Assembly (NCBI RefSeq): GCF_004010195.1
Contig: NC_057719.1
Coordinates: forward strand, 91,696,512 to 91,730,602
DNA length: 34,091 nt
Source: Chiloscyllium plagiosum
Taxonomy: Eukaryota
Direction of reading: 5' to 3'
The notes under the pieces are model-generated. The model made no database searches. It had not been told where the DNA came from and was given only the letters and a program-made list of their open reading frames with translations. This document shows positions 11,400 through 23,560 of this stretch, in pieces. Position numbers and translations under genes: made by a program. Every line of letters begins with the position of its first letter. The stretch's first letter is position 1.

Positions 11400-11770
11400 A
11401 TGGTAGTGATGTGGTGGTAATGTTATTGGGCTAGTAATCCAGAGGTCCAGCTTAATATAATAATAGCAAAGGTTCAAATCTTACTATGGCAGCATTTAAA
11501 TTCAATTTGTCAGATCTGGAATTGAAGGCAAGTCTCAATAATAGTGATCATAACAAATACCATCAATTGTTGTAAACAAAACCCATCTTGTTCACTGATG
11601 CCTGAAGAGAAGAAAATCTGCCATTTTTATCTATCTGGCCCATACGTGATTTGAGATCCACAATTATGTGAATAACTGTTAATCGACCTCAGTTTAAGGT
11701 CACTCGGGGGTGCACCACAAATGCTGGCTTTTCCAGCAACACTCATATTTCATTTAAGAAGTAAAGAAAA
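11400..11770 (+). mobile_element. tRNA-headed SINE sharing head/body and tail with the APE-RT LINE
   Basis: B-box-like ggttcaaatc (11471-11480). Body matches the reverse complement of 21730-22015; tail resembles the reverse complement of 3971-4030. Confidence 0.75.
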
Positions 11771-11822
11771 TAAAAACGAATATATATTCAGTATAATCCT
11801 GAATAACCACATCTTCTCAGAA

Positions 11823-11890
11823 AAACTAGGGACAGGCAATAAATGTTAGCCCAGCCAGCAAAGCCCACATTCCATGAGTGAATAAAAAAA
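11823..11890 (+). mobile_element. Isolated 3' tail of the same SINE/LINE family
   Basis: actagggacaggcaataaatgttagcccagccagc...catgagtgaataaaaaaa matches the family tail. Confidence 0.7.
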
Positions 11891-12396
11891 TACCAGTTCC
11901 ACTTAGCATGCTAATCACAATATAACCCACTCCTGATAATTCAACATTCTCTTTAGAAAGGCAACAATAGCTCAAGCAAACAGTTCCAAGGATGCCACCT
12001 GAAGCCTGAACAATGTCCTTCAAAGCAACTCCAGTCTGTCAAGGGTCAATCTATAGGAAAAGCTTTTGTGACACAATAGAAAATTCAACATCAAAATAGA
12101 GTACGAAGTGAGGCATTATTATAGAAACCAATATTAACTGGCTTCAGTTAACTGTCTAGTATAGAAGATTACCAAAATGAGGAGATAAAATCAGACAGAA
12201 CTAATATCTTCAACCCAAAGATCAAATGCACAATAAGTTCACAAACCATTGCTTTGCATTCTTGCTAGATCAGATAAGAATTCTTAAGAGGTTTCACTAG
12301 TACAAATTTTATGTCAAGTTATTCTTTAAAAGATTCCTGACCATATTTGGCCTCCTCTAGCTCCACAGATAAAACTTTCAAAAACACTTTACTCAA

Positions 12397-12610
12397 GGGT
12401 CGGTTAGCTCAGCTGGCTGGATAGCTTGTTTGTATTGCAGACTGACACCAAAGGATTGGTATAATCCCCACACTGACTCAAGTCACCATGAAGGTCTCAC
12501 CTTCTTAACCTCACCTCAGGCATGGGGACCCTCTGGTTAAACTGTCACTAGTCATCTCTTTATCTTGTGAAAGGCAAGCCCTGTGGTGCTCTGGTAATAT
12601 GGCAACTTGA
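12397..12610 (+). mobile_element. Decayed tRNA-derived SINE (different family)
   Basis: A-box-like ggttagctcagctgg, degenerate B box near 12458-12468, ~210 bp long. Confidence 0.6.
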
Positions 12611-13173
12611 CGTTTAGATTACTGCAAGTGTTTCATGTCATAAAAAATTTAATAGTTTAATAGATCATTTAAAGTTTACAGAAAAAGTGATTTAATTTTT
12701 TCAAAATTAGGGATTACCTTTTATATGAGGGGGAACTGAGCCATGTTGAATTGTAAAGTAACAGGAACAAGTCCCATTATGGGCTAAATTGGCTGAGCCT
12801 CAACAACACAGCAACAGGGGAATAACAAGTATCCTTAGTTATGTGATACGACAAAAGTGAAGCAAAACCATCCAGGAACCTTGCATTTTTCTGAAAACAT
12901 CAAAAAAATGTATTCACTGAGTCAACAGCACTAATAAGCATCTCGTGGACGCCAGTGTGAAGGTATAGGGAAAGTTGGTGCAATAAGAGAATGTACATAC
13001 AAGGTGATTGAAAGAGCTTCTGTTTCTTATTTTATTTGGTTAAATGCAATAAAATTTAAATACTATTTGATGAATCTCTGCACCAGTTTCTTCACAGCAT
13101 AGGAACACCCTTACTTCTAAGTAATAATTTTAAATCATTAACACAAGGATTTAGTTCACAGATAAACAAATAA

Positions 13174-13620
13174 AACTTGTACTTATATCGCATCTTTAAT
13201 GCGATTAGAAGATCCAGGATGCTTCACAGAAGCATGATCAATCAAAACTTGACATAACCATTTGAAGAGATGTACAATCTAGTCAAATAGGAAGCTTTTA
13301 AGAAATTGCATAAAAGTGAGGAGAGAGAGAGAGAATGAAAATAATGTGGAGAAACTTAAAAGCCAGAATTCCAGAGTTTAAGACCTTGACAGCAATGTAA
13401 TTACTGACAGAAAAGTGATTAAAGAGGGCCGAACTGAAAGCTTGAGTGCTGGAGGAGATTACTGGGGGGAAAAGGGGGCTATTTTTAAAAACACAGGTAA
13501 GCATTGCCAAATCGAACATCAATATACATCAACGAGCAATGGCTTAATGGGACTCAATGTAATTTAGGATACAGGCAACTGAGTTTGGGTAATCTTGATG
13601 AACGTTTGGACGTAATACAA
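13174..13620 (-). mobile_element. Old L2-type LINE 3' end
   Basis: aacttgtacttatatcgcatcttt...gcttcacag...gaattccagagtt resembles the reverse-complemented L2/DeuSINE-type tail; compare 32661-32690. Confidence 0.6.
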
Positions 13621-14079
13621 CCAGCCCAACTTACTAAAAATAAACTAAGATTTTAAAGGGAGTTCATGGTCAAACAGATCAAAAGGAAAAGTATCTGTCA
13701 TACCCTTTCAAACCCATAACTCAAATAAGAAAACAACTCTATTCAGTCACATTAACTTGAAAGCATAAATTTTTATAAATTTGTCACTTTCCCCAATGAG
13801 ATTCCTCCACAATTTAGTGGACGCAAGGAAAATAAACAAATACAGGGACACAGATAAACACACTGACAAATTGGGGGCCGGGCACAAGACCGTGCCCATG
13901 GGTGCCAGGCATGCAAGCAGACCAGGACATGGGCACACAGCAGACTCAGTACTGCCAACCTGCCAGGGCAGTGGCATGCTGACAGACCCAGACACAGGCG
14001 CACCAACCGAGCAGGCATAACAAAACAGGCTGGGGCAAGGCCCAGGAGCTGGCTGGGGGTCAGTGGGGTCTGCAGCATC

Positions 14080-14660
14080 CAACAGGCTCGCGCTGGGCAC
14101 AATGGCCGGCTGGGACACCGTCCCTAAACCCGGGGGGGCTGACAAACTGAGACCGGAGACCGGAGACCGGAGACCGAGGGGGGGGGTAGAGAGGGCACCA
14201 ACACCAACGGGCCAGGAAAGCGACCACATTAATGGACTGGGTCCACGGGGGGGGTTAAAAAAAGGCGGCGGCGGCGGCTCCACTGCCTGACGGACAACCC
14301 TCAGAGGCTCCCGCTCCCTGATACAGCCTCGAGCCGTCAGAGCGGCACCGGCGAGGCCTCGGCTTTCCCTGTGTCTCTGTGTGTGCCGACAGCCCGCCCC
14401 CGGGGGGGGCCGCACTCACCCGGACCACCGGCTCCGGCTCCGGCTCCGGCTCTCCGCCGAGACTCGCCTCGCGCAGCTGCCCGTCCGCCATCTTGCTCGC
14501 CACCGCCGAGCGTCAGCCCGCTTGGCGACAGTTTTCCAGCTGAGGCCGGCGAACACTTTACGGCAGCTGCCGCCCCCCCCCAGCCAGCAGCAGGGGGAGG
14601 AGAAGCAGACGGAGCGAGAGGGAAAGCTGCTTCCTGCTCCGTGACCGGGGTCGAGTTCAC
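14080..14660 (-). promoter_or_regulatory. CpG island / promoter and 5' UTR of the minus-strand gene
   Basis: Only strongly GC- and CpG-rich segment in an otherwise CpG-depleted window. A YY1-type AAGATGGCGG motif overlaps the start codon. Confidence 0.85.
14420..14491 (-). CDS. First coding exon of an unidentified gene (MADGQLREASLGGEPEPEPEPVVR)
   Basis: Strong Kozak aagATGG at 14491, 24 codons, consensus donor CGG|GTGAGT at 14420/14419, inside the CpG island; (CCGGCT)4 at 14428-14451 encodes an EP repeat. Confidence 0.85.
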
Positions 14661-14667
14661 AGACTCC

Positions 14668-15395
14668 CCCACAGTGTGGAAACAGGCCCCTCGGCCCAAC
14701 AAGTCCACGCTGACCCTCTGAAGAGTAACCCACCCCAGACTCATTCCCCTCCCCTATTACTCTACATTTACCCCCTGAGTAATGCACCTCACCGACACAC
14801 CTCTGAACACAATGGGCAGTTCACCCTAACCTGCACATCTTGGTCTGGCAACTGTACCATTCAAGGTCGGAGACGGTTACAGAGAGTGGGTGAACTCGGC
14901 CCGGACAATCACAAAGGCCAACCTCCCATCTATAGAATCCATCTACCAGGCCCGCTGTCAAGGAAAGGCCGCCAGCATCCTCAAAGATCCATCCCACCCT
15001 GGCAATGTTTTGCTTCAACCTCTACCATCGGGGAGAAGGTACAGAAGCCTGAACTCACGCACCAGCTGGTTTCAAAACAGTTTCTACCCTAACATTGTTA
15101 GAATACTGAATGGACTCACAAACTCTTAACATTCACCTATACCTGTGTTTTTGTTTTTGTCGCTGTTTACCTTTAATTTACTTATCTTTGCTACTTAAGT
15201 CTGTGATCTGCCTGTATTGTTTACAAGACAAAGCTTTTCACTGTGCCTCGGTACACATGACAATAAATTCAATTCAATTGTGGGAGGAAACCCACGCAGG
15301 CACAGGAAGAATGTGCAAACTCTACACAGACAGTTACCCAAGGCTGGAATCGAACCTGGGACTCTGGCATTGTGAGGCAGCAGTGCTAGCTGCGG
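14668..15395 (-). mobile_element. HE1 (V-SINE) element split by a Rex1 fragment
   Basis: 3' half at 14668-14840 and 5' half at 15279-15395 match the intact copy at 15971-16278. Confidence 0.88.
14841..15278 (+). mobile_element. Rex1/Babar LINE 3' end
   Basis: GNCT...RLQRV / LPSIESIYQARC...ILKDPSHPG...LPSGRRYRS...FQNSFYP peptide; ends aataaattcaattcaat. Confidence 0.88.
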
Positions 15396-15477
15396 TTACC
15401 AGCAAAAGGTTTGTAATCTGGCACATGTTGAAAATCTTGCTATCGTTTTAACAGCCAAATCGTCCACCTTTGCAATA

Positions 15478-15672
15478 CACTAGTCCCCCTGTACCCGCGG
15501 GGGACATGTTTCAGGACCTAGCGCAGATAGGAGCGAACCCATCCATTTAAATGGGAAACACGCCTTTCTGGCAGTCTCCTAGTCCCTGGTTCCGGAATGT
15601 TCCCTATAATACATTCCAGGCGAGGCTAATTGAAACCATGGAAAAAATTCTGCGGATACGGGGTTTGCCCTC
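15478..15672. mobile_element. Tc1/mariner (Tigger-like) MITE remnant
   Basis: TA-flanked; imperfect terminal inverted repeats cactagtccccctgtacccgcgg / ctgcggatacggggtttgccctc. Confidence 0.6.
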
Positions 15673-15686
15673 TATCTATAAGCAGG

Positions 15687-15779
15687 TTGAAAATGTTTTG
15701 CTGGAAAAGTGTAGCAGGTCAGGCAGCATCCAGGGAACAGGAGAATCGACGTTTCGGGCATAAGCCCTTCTTCAGGAAG
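15687..15779 (-). mobile_element. Penelope pLTR fragment with an intact hammerhead core (15748-15775)
   Basis: Minus strand reads CTGAAGA-A-GGGC-TTAT-GCCC-GAAAC-GTC, then gattctcctgttccctggatgctgcc. Confidence 0.82.
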
Positions 15780-15791
15780 GAACCTCCATCC

Positions 15792-15890
15792 AAAAATAGA
15801 ATTTGCTGGAGAAACTCAGGAGGTCTGGCAGCATCTTTGAAGAGGGCAAGAGAAATAATGTTTCGGTTCCGATATGTCGCTTCTTCAGAC
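15792..15890 (-). mobile_element. Older Penelope pLTR fragment, degenerate hammerhead
   Basis: gctggagaaactcaggaggtctggcagcatc; minus strand has CTGAAGA...CCGAAACATT. Confidence 0.6.
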
Positions 15891-15970
15891 CTCAGTACCA
15901 GAACATTCTGTATTTATTCTAAGATTATAGCTGACTCCAGCTTTATGGAGGCTATCTTAGAAATTGGTTA

Positions 15971-16278
15971 AGATTACTTAGAGTGTGGAAACAGGCCCTT
16001 CAGCCCAACAAGTCCACACCGACTCGCCGAAGCACAACCCACCCAGACCCATTCTCGTACATTTACCCCTGCATCTAACACTTCGGGCAATTTAGCGTGG
16101 CCAATTCACCTAACCTGCACATTTTTGGACTGTGGGAGGAAACCGGAGCACCCGGAGGAAACCCACGCAGACAGGGGGAGAATGTGCAAACTCCACACAG
16201 TCGCCTGAGGCGGGAATTGAACCCGGGTCTCTGGCGCTGTGAGGCAGCAGTGCTAACCACTGTGCTACCGTGCTGCCC
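15971..16278 (-). mobile_element. Full-length HE1 (V-SINE)
   Basis: tRNA-like head (ggtagcacagtggttagc...gggttcaattcc), V-domain gtggagtttgcacattctcccc, CR1-like tail. Confidence 0.93.
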
Positions 16279-16554
16279 ACAAAGCATCATGTTCACCAGA
16301 GGGTGGGGCATCTGCAAATACTATTTAGTTTCATTCACAAATTTTATCTGCAGGGTACAATTGTGTATCTTCCACACCAGGGCAGTCTCTGGTCTTTCTC
16401 TCTTAATTAAGCAGTCCTTCAGGAGCGAGGATGTCTTTCTTTTACTCTGAAATTGTCGGCCTTGAGGTGCTAAATAATCCAAGCTGGACAGATGATGTTT
16501 GCTGAAGCAGGTAGGTGGAAGTCTTGGGTATTCACTACTTGCATGTAGCATCAC

Positions 16555-18358
16555 ACAATCATACAGGATCGAAACAGGCCATTCAGCCTACCTTGTCTAT
16601 GCCAACCAATGAATACCAAACTACACTAATCCCATTTTCTGCACTTGGTCATTGCCTACTGTGACCTTGCATTCTAAGTGCTCATCAGATCCTTCTTAAA
16701 TGTTGTGAGAGTACTTGCCTTCACCACCCTGTCAGGCAGCACATTCCATATTTGTACTATTCACTGGATGATTTTTTTTTTCTCGGATCTCTAAAGCACT
16801 TACTCCTCACTTTAACCTTATGCCCTCTGGTCTTAGGACATATCTGCCATGGGGAAAAAGACTCTCACAATCTACTCTGTCTATGATTTAGATTGGGGTG
16901 TACAAAGTTAAAAATCACACAGCACCAGGTTATAGTCCAACAGGATTATTTGGAAACACTAGCTTTTGAGAGCGCTAGTCCTTCATCAGGTGGTTATGGA
17001 GTATAACATCCATGGGGATGCCCTCAACTGGGACCTTGGGTTCATGTCACGTTACAGGTGACCCCATTGCACTACACACTCTCATGCACACACCCACACA
17101 CTCCCACACTCATACACAAACTCTCTCTCATACGTTCACACATACACACCCACACCCACGCTCACACCCACACATGGACCTTCTCACAGACTTAATCCCC
17201 TTTACACACACAGAATAATCTTCCCCCTAGCCCCAAACCCACTCCCATTTATCTCTCAGTCCCCTTGGGTCACCTCCCCCCACATTCCTGATGAAGAGCT
17301 TATCCCCGAAATGTCAACTTCCTGGTCCTCGGATGCTGCCTGACAGGCTGTGCTTTTCCAGTGCCACACTTTTTGACAAGGTTCCTTTGTTCCTCAGTAC
17401 TCCCTTAGGACCTACTATTCATTGTGTATAATCTTACTTTATTGACCTCCCAAAATATACTACCTTGCATTTATTATCATTAAATTCCATCTGCCGTTCC
17501 CCTGCCTAATTTGTCCGCTGATCAATATCAGACTGTATCCTGAGACCATCCCTCTCACTTTCAACACCACTAGTTATTGTGCCATCTGCAAACTTCCTAA
17601 TTACATTCGCATTCAAGTCATTAATGTTCATAACAGCAAGGAACTAAGCACTGATCCCTGATGTACACTGCTGGTCAGAGGCTTTCAATCACAAAAACAA
17701 CCCTCCACCATCACCTTTTTCTCCTATTTGCAAGCCAATTTTGGATTCAGTTTGCCAATTTGCCTTGGATTCCATGGGCTCTTACCTTTTGGACGAGCCT
17801 TTCATGCGGGAACTTGTCAAAGGTCTTACTGAAGTCCATGTACATCAACTGTACATCACCTTCATCAATATATTTAGTTACCTTTTCAAAACATTCAATT
17901 AAATTAGTCAGACAAAACATCCCTCTAACAAATCAGTGCTGACTATCCCTGCCTTTCCAAGTGTTAATTAATCCTGTTACTCAGAACTTTTTCTAATGAT
18001 ATCCTTACTATTGATGTCAGACTGCTCTGTAATTACCTGGCCTATCCCTGCTGCCCTTCTTGAACAAAGGAACCACATTAGCGATCCTCCAGTCATCTGG
18101 CACTTCACCTGTGGCCAGCAAAGTATTAAATGACTCAGCCAAGGCCACAGGAACCTCCTCTCTTGCCTCCCAGGGAAGTCTGGGATACATCTCATCAAGC
18201 CCTGGGGATTTATTGACCTTTATGTCAATTAAAACATACCACTTCCTTATTAGTCTAAATATGCTCTCGAACGTCACCATCCCAACCGAAATCCCAGGCT
18301 ACAATATCTCTCTGATTACAGTTGAGATGTATTCTTTTAAGATCTCACCCATATCCAA
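16555..18358 (-). mobile_element. Decayed CR1 LINE with internal deletions, interrupted at ~16893-17377
   Basis: 3' tail at 16555-16885; ORF 18017-18280 KSPGLDEMYPR...VPDDWRIANVVPLFKKG...PGNYR. Confidence 0.85.
16893..17377. mobile_element. Composite of Penelope fragments (inverted pLTR, GIY-YIG end, CA-rich tract, second-family pLTR)
   Basis: Minus pLTR 16893-17005 matches 32810-32915. HGDALNWDLGFMSRYR* at 17011-17061; CA-rich tract 17070-17212; degenerate hammerhead CTGATGA...GAAATGTC at 17288-17315. Confidence 0.75.
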
Positions 18359-18874
18359 GGTGATGTGAATCACCTGATGCAGGTGATTAATTGTAACCAA
18401 TGCCTCAATATTGCGGATGCTGGCCTGACAGAGGACCCTGAGTTGGAGCATCTATCCTGCCAATGGATCTGTGGGTTTTGTAGGCAAAGTATTGCCAACA
18501 CCATCATATCACAGTCTTAAATATGAACAGATTTGGTGAAGAAGTCATGAGTTGCCTTTTTCAATAGAAAAATAAAGAAAAAGTTGAAAAGGGGAACCAG
18601 AATTGTCAAAAGAGCAAGTTTCATAATTTCCTCACAATGAAGAAAAATATTAACGACACGGGAACTAATAACTTTACCTGCCTTTAAATTATACAAATCT
18701 AGGCAACATTGAAAACGTAGTGCTCTTTATGTATATCCCTGAATTCAGTAATCCAGTGGCATCAACACTTAACTGTAAAAACAAATAAATGGAGCTAGAA
18801 CGCCTGCTGAATGCCAAATATAATTACTTGCACAAACATCCTGTAAGGGCCAGTTCTCAGTCTAATAGTCCGTA

Positions 18875-21800
18875 TGTATTCATTCACAGGATGTGAACAT
18901 CCCTGCTTAACTCCTTTTCTAAAGGTGGCAGGTGGCTCAGTGTTAGCAGTGTTGCCTCACAGCACCAAGGACCCAGGTTCCATTCTAGCCTTGGGTGATT
19001 GTGTGGAGTTTGCACATTCTCCCTGTGTCTGCAAGGTTTCTTCCCACGTTCAAAGATGCGCAGGTTAGATGGATTGGCCATGTTAAATTGCCTTGTCGTG
19101 CCTGGGCATATGTAGATTAGTCATGGTAAATATGGGAGTAGGGGGGTGTGTCTGGATGAGATGCTGTTTGGAGGTCAGTGTGGACTAAATGGGCCAAATG
19201 GCCTGCTTCCACACTGTAGTGATTCGATGATTCTAAGAAGGTAGCTTCTTGAACTACTTAAGTCCTTGAGGAAATAGCAAGCAGGCTCATCAAAATTCAG
19301 CAAGTCAGTTCTCCATTCAAAGTTTAAATGTTCCAGTAAATCACAATGGGTCATAGCTGAAGTTGGCTCATAGAACTGGGTGCAAAATTATTTCTGGCCA
19401 TACTCCCCTGTTCCGGTTGTACTTAGTGGTGCTGCTGGTTAGATATAGTTGAAGCTTTCTGCAAGTTTCAACTGATCTTTGCTTCTTGGGATACACCCAC
19501 AATGCTGCTAGTGAGGGAGTACCAAGGTTTTGCCCCAGAACAGTGAAGGTGCAGTGATATAGTTCGAGGTCAAGGTGGTAAGTGGGGAACTTGCAGTTAG
19601 CGATGTAGCCATGCATCTGCTGTGTTTGTCCCTTTATTTTGAAAGGTACTGCTGAAGAGCCCTCGCTAAATTTCTGCACTGAATATTGCAGATGGTACGC
19701 ACTACTGCTACTGCACAGTGGTAGAGAGAGTGAATGTTGAAGATGGTGGATGAAGCACTGATCAAGCTGCTACTTTGCCCTGGATGGTGTCAAACTTCTG
19801 GAGTGCTGTTGCAACCATATTCATCCTGGGGGGTGGGGGGGTATTCTAACACACTGCTGACTTGTGCCTTTTCGATGATAAACATTCATTGGGGAGTCAA
19901 AAGGTGAGTTACCTACCACAAAATCCCTGTCTCCAATCTGCTTTTGTAGCCACTGTATTTGTGTAACTGGTACAGTTCAGTTTCTATTCAATGGTAACCC
20001 CACAGGATGGTTCAGTAGGGAATTCAATAGCGGTAATGCCATTGAATGTCATGATATGATAGTTAGAATCTCTCTTCTTGGAGTTGGTTATTACCTGGTA
20101 CTTGTGTGGTATGAATGCTGCTTGCTATTTATAATCACAAGACTGGATGTGGTCCTGGTTTTCCTGCACATGGAAGCAGACTGCGTCAATATCTGAGGAA
20201 TCACACATGCTGCAGAACAAATATTCGACTACAAATCTTTCACTAACCTGCTTCCACCATAAAATGTAAACAATTCCAAAAAGTGAATGTAAGGAAAGTC
20301 TGAGATTTTATGTTTATAAAACCACCTGATCATTAATATATTGGTGTTTAGAGGTCTGGTTGAAAGATGTTTCAACTGAGTTTGCCCCCAGTCCCCATTG
20401 ATTCAAATTTTGCTAGGATTCCTTGATGCCATACTGGGTCAAATGCAGCCTTGATGTCAAGGGCTGTCACTCTCACCTCACCTATGGAATTCAGTTCTTT
20501 TTTCTATGTTTGAACCAAGGTTATAATGAAGTCAGGAGCTGAGTGGCCCTAGCAGAATCCAAGTGGTGTCAGTGAGCAGGTTATTAATGACGAGGTACTG
20601 TTGATGACACCTTCCATTATTTAATGGATGATTGAATATCGACTGATGTGGTAGTAATTGGCTGGGTTGGACTTGTCCTGTGTTTTTGCTTTAGGATGTA
20701 CCTGGGCAGTTTACCACATTATCGAGTAGATCCCAGTGCTGTAACTACTGGAAGAGCTTGCCTGAAGGTTGGGGCTGGGGAGGAGCAAAACATTCTGGAC
20801 CACAAGTCTTTGGTATTATTTCCGTAATGTTGTCAGGGCCCCAGTGCCTCTGACCAGTTTTCAACATCACATGGAGTGAATTGAGTTAGCTAAAGACTGG
20901 CATTTGTGATGGCAGGGACCACTGGAGGATGGTAATAGCAGAGTGGGGATTGCGCTACAGTACAATTCTGCTGCTACTGATGGCCCATGGCACCTCATGG
21001 ATGCCCAGTTTTGAGTTGTTAGATCTGTTTGAAGTCTATCCTATTTAATAAGGTGATAATGCCACAAAGTACAATGGAAGGTGTGACTTCGTCTCCACAA
21101 AGACTGTGCAGTGATCCTTTTAAGTAATGGACAGAATGAACATGCAGCCAGGAGATTGGCAAGGATGTAGTCAAGTATGTTTTTTCCCCTCCTTGTTGGT
21201 TTCCTCACTGGCTGCTGCAGTCCCAACCAACTCAATCAGTAGTGCTGGTGCCAAACCATTCAGAGTGCATTTTGCCATCTTCAGTACTTCTTCCAAGTGT
21301 TGTTCAGTATGGAGTACTGGTTGATCAGCACATGGTAATTGGCAGGAAGTTTCCTTGTCCATGTTTAATCTGAAACCATGAGATTTCACGGGGTCTGGAG
21401 TAAATGTTGAGGATGCTCGGAGCAACTCTCTCCCGACTGTATAACACTATGTCACTACCTCTGCTGGGTCTGTCCTGCCGGTGGGACAGGACATACCAGG
21501 GATGGTAACGGTGGTGTCGGGTATAATTCTCTGAGTATGACTATTTCAGGCTGTTGCTTGACTATTCTGTGAGACAGCTGTCCCAAGTTTGGTACTAGCC
21601 CCCAGATGTTAGTAAGGAGAACTTTGCAGTGTCGCCAGGACTGTTTCTGCCATGTCTTTTCTGGTGCCTAGTGGTCTGTCTGGTTTCATTTCTTTGTTGA
21701 GATTTTGTAGGAAATGATACAACTGCATGGCTTGCTAGGCCATTTCAGAGTCAACCACACTGCTGTGGATTTGGAGTCATATATAGGCCAGACCAGGTGA

Positions 21801-22020
21801 CAATGGCAGATTTCCTTCTCTAAAGGATATTATCGAGCCAAATAATTTTTTCTGATAATCGACAATGCTTTTAAGACCATCATTTAATTCTTTATTCCAG
21901 GTTTTTGACTGAATTCAGATTCCACCATCTGCCACAGTGGGATTCAAACCTCGGTCCTTAGAGTATTTACTGAGTTTCTAGATTATTAGTCTAGCAAGAA
22001 ATACAACTAGGTCATTATGT
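18875..22020 (-). mobile_element. APE-RT LINE with both ends, internal deletions and a tRNA-like 5' head
   Basis: Tail at ~18875; RT region homologous to 4110-4800 and 5020-5230. APE start TNIWGLVPNLGQLSHRIVKQQPEIVILRE at ~21613-21527. A/B-box-like motifs at 22014-22004 and 21950-21939. Confidence 0.82.
18931..19234 (+). mobile_element. HE1 (V-SINE), older copy, inserted in the LINE tail
   Basis: ggtggctcagtgttagc...gtggagtttgcacattctccc...ttccacactgtag. Confidence 0.88.
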
Positions 22021-22254
22021 CTACTATTATATCGTTCATATTAGACCTGTTATATTTTATCAATGATAGATGTTAAGGTAGGGTGCTAAGTGCACAAGTC
22101 AGCAAAAAAAAGACAGCAGCTCATCACTGAGTGCAGCTAGACATAGAATGTGAGATTTAGTACTTGGTGAGTGAGGGAATGAGGTGTCATGACAAGATTC
22201 TGCTCCCTTAAGCAACTACCCACTGGGAGTGGGGATCAGTGGAGAGCAGGGACT

Positions 22255-23560
22255 AGTTTGTAAAAACGTAGAGATATATGGCCAATCATTTGTGTCTGCG
22301 ATGAGGACTAATTACTTCATGCAAAGATTGTGAATCTATGGAACTCTATGGGTTGTGGATTCTCCATTCTTGAATGTATTTAAGTTTAGATTCATAGATA
22401 TTTGATTTCTCAGGAATTAAGGGAGCGCAGGAAAGTGAGTTTGAAGGGCAAGAATGAGGGGTTATTTTATTGAAGTTTATAAAATCATGAGAGGGATAGA
22501 TAAGGTGAATGATAAGGGTCTTTTCCCTGGGCTGGGGAGTTCAAAACTTGGGGCATATTTTTTAAGGTGGGAGGAGAAAGATTTAAAAAGGATGTGAAGG
22601 GCAAATGTTTTACTGAAAGTGATTCATGTGTGGAATGAATTGCTTGGGGAAGTGGTGGATGCAGGTACAGTCACAACATCTAAAGACATTTGGATAAGTT
22701 CACAAATAGAAAACGTTTGGAGGGATGTGGACCAAGTGCAGGCAGATTGGACTAGTTTATTTGGGAACATAGTCGGTGTGGACTGGTTGGACCAAAGAGT
22801 TTGTGTATATGCTGCATGACTCTATGACTATGATCAAGATCAGCCATGAAACTTGGATGTTTTTGTGCACAGATCGTTGGAGGTGGCAGGCTAGGTGAAG
22901 AGAGCAGTAAGTAAAGCATCCTTGGCTGTATTAATTGGGGCAGAGAGTTCAAGAGCAGGGAGGTTATGTTGAACTTGTACAAGACCTTTGTTAGACTTCA
23001 GCTGGAGTATTGTGTACAGTTCTGAGCGTCACCGTTTTGGAAGGATATGAACACGTTGGAGAGAGTGAGTAAGTGATTTACAAGAATAGTTCCAGGGATG
23101 AAAATATTTAGTTATGAGGACAGATTAAAGAGGTTGGTGAGAAGGATGCGACACAAGATCTGATAGTGGTTTTCAAAGTCGGGAGCAGGCGGGATAGAGG
23201 GAGAAACTCCTCCTGTTCGCAAAAAGAAACAAGAATGAGAGGGCATAGGTTTCATGTGAACTGCAAAAGAAGCAAATGTGAGGTGAGAAAAACTTTTCCA
23301 CCCAACAAATAGTTAGGTATGGAATGCACTGCCTGCAAATGTAACTCAAGAGAACTTTGGATAAAAAATAATGTGCCAATGTCGGGGTAAAAGCTGAAGA
23401 TTGGTACTAGATAATGATGCTTACTTGAAGAGCCAGTTTAGATACAATGTGCCAAATGTCTGTGGAGACAGACTTCAGTGATTCTGTGATAATTATATTA
23501 CATGTCAGATCAGGTTTGATGAGCCATCTGGATTTCTCCTGCTCGTGTTTCTTGTGCTCT
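22255..23560 (+). mobile_element. Cluster of nested or adjacent CR1 3' fragments
   Basis: At least three CR1 3' ends: tail tgactctatgacta at ~22817-22831, LEYCVQF-type motif at ~23002-23022, and further tails at ~23480 and ~23550. Confidence 0.78.

Noticed and set aside
13747..14787. Long overlapping ORFs (222, 135, 123, 116 aa) around the CpG island
   Set aside because: Expected in GC-rich, stop-poor DNA; only the Kozak ATG-to-GTGAGT segment has gene-like signals.
15971..16278. tRNA genes
   Set aside because: The A/B boxes here and elsewhere belong to SINE/LINE heads; no complete cloverleaf.
18368..18388. Small palindrome aatcacctg-atg-caggtgatt with two E-boxes
   Set aside because: 9-bp arms can occur by chance in 34 kb; no supporting context.
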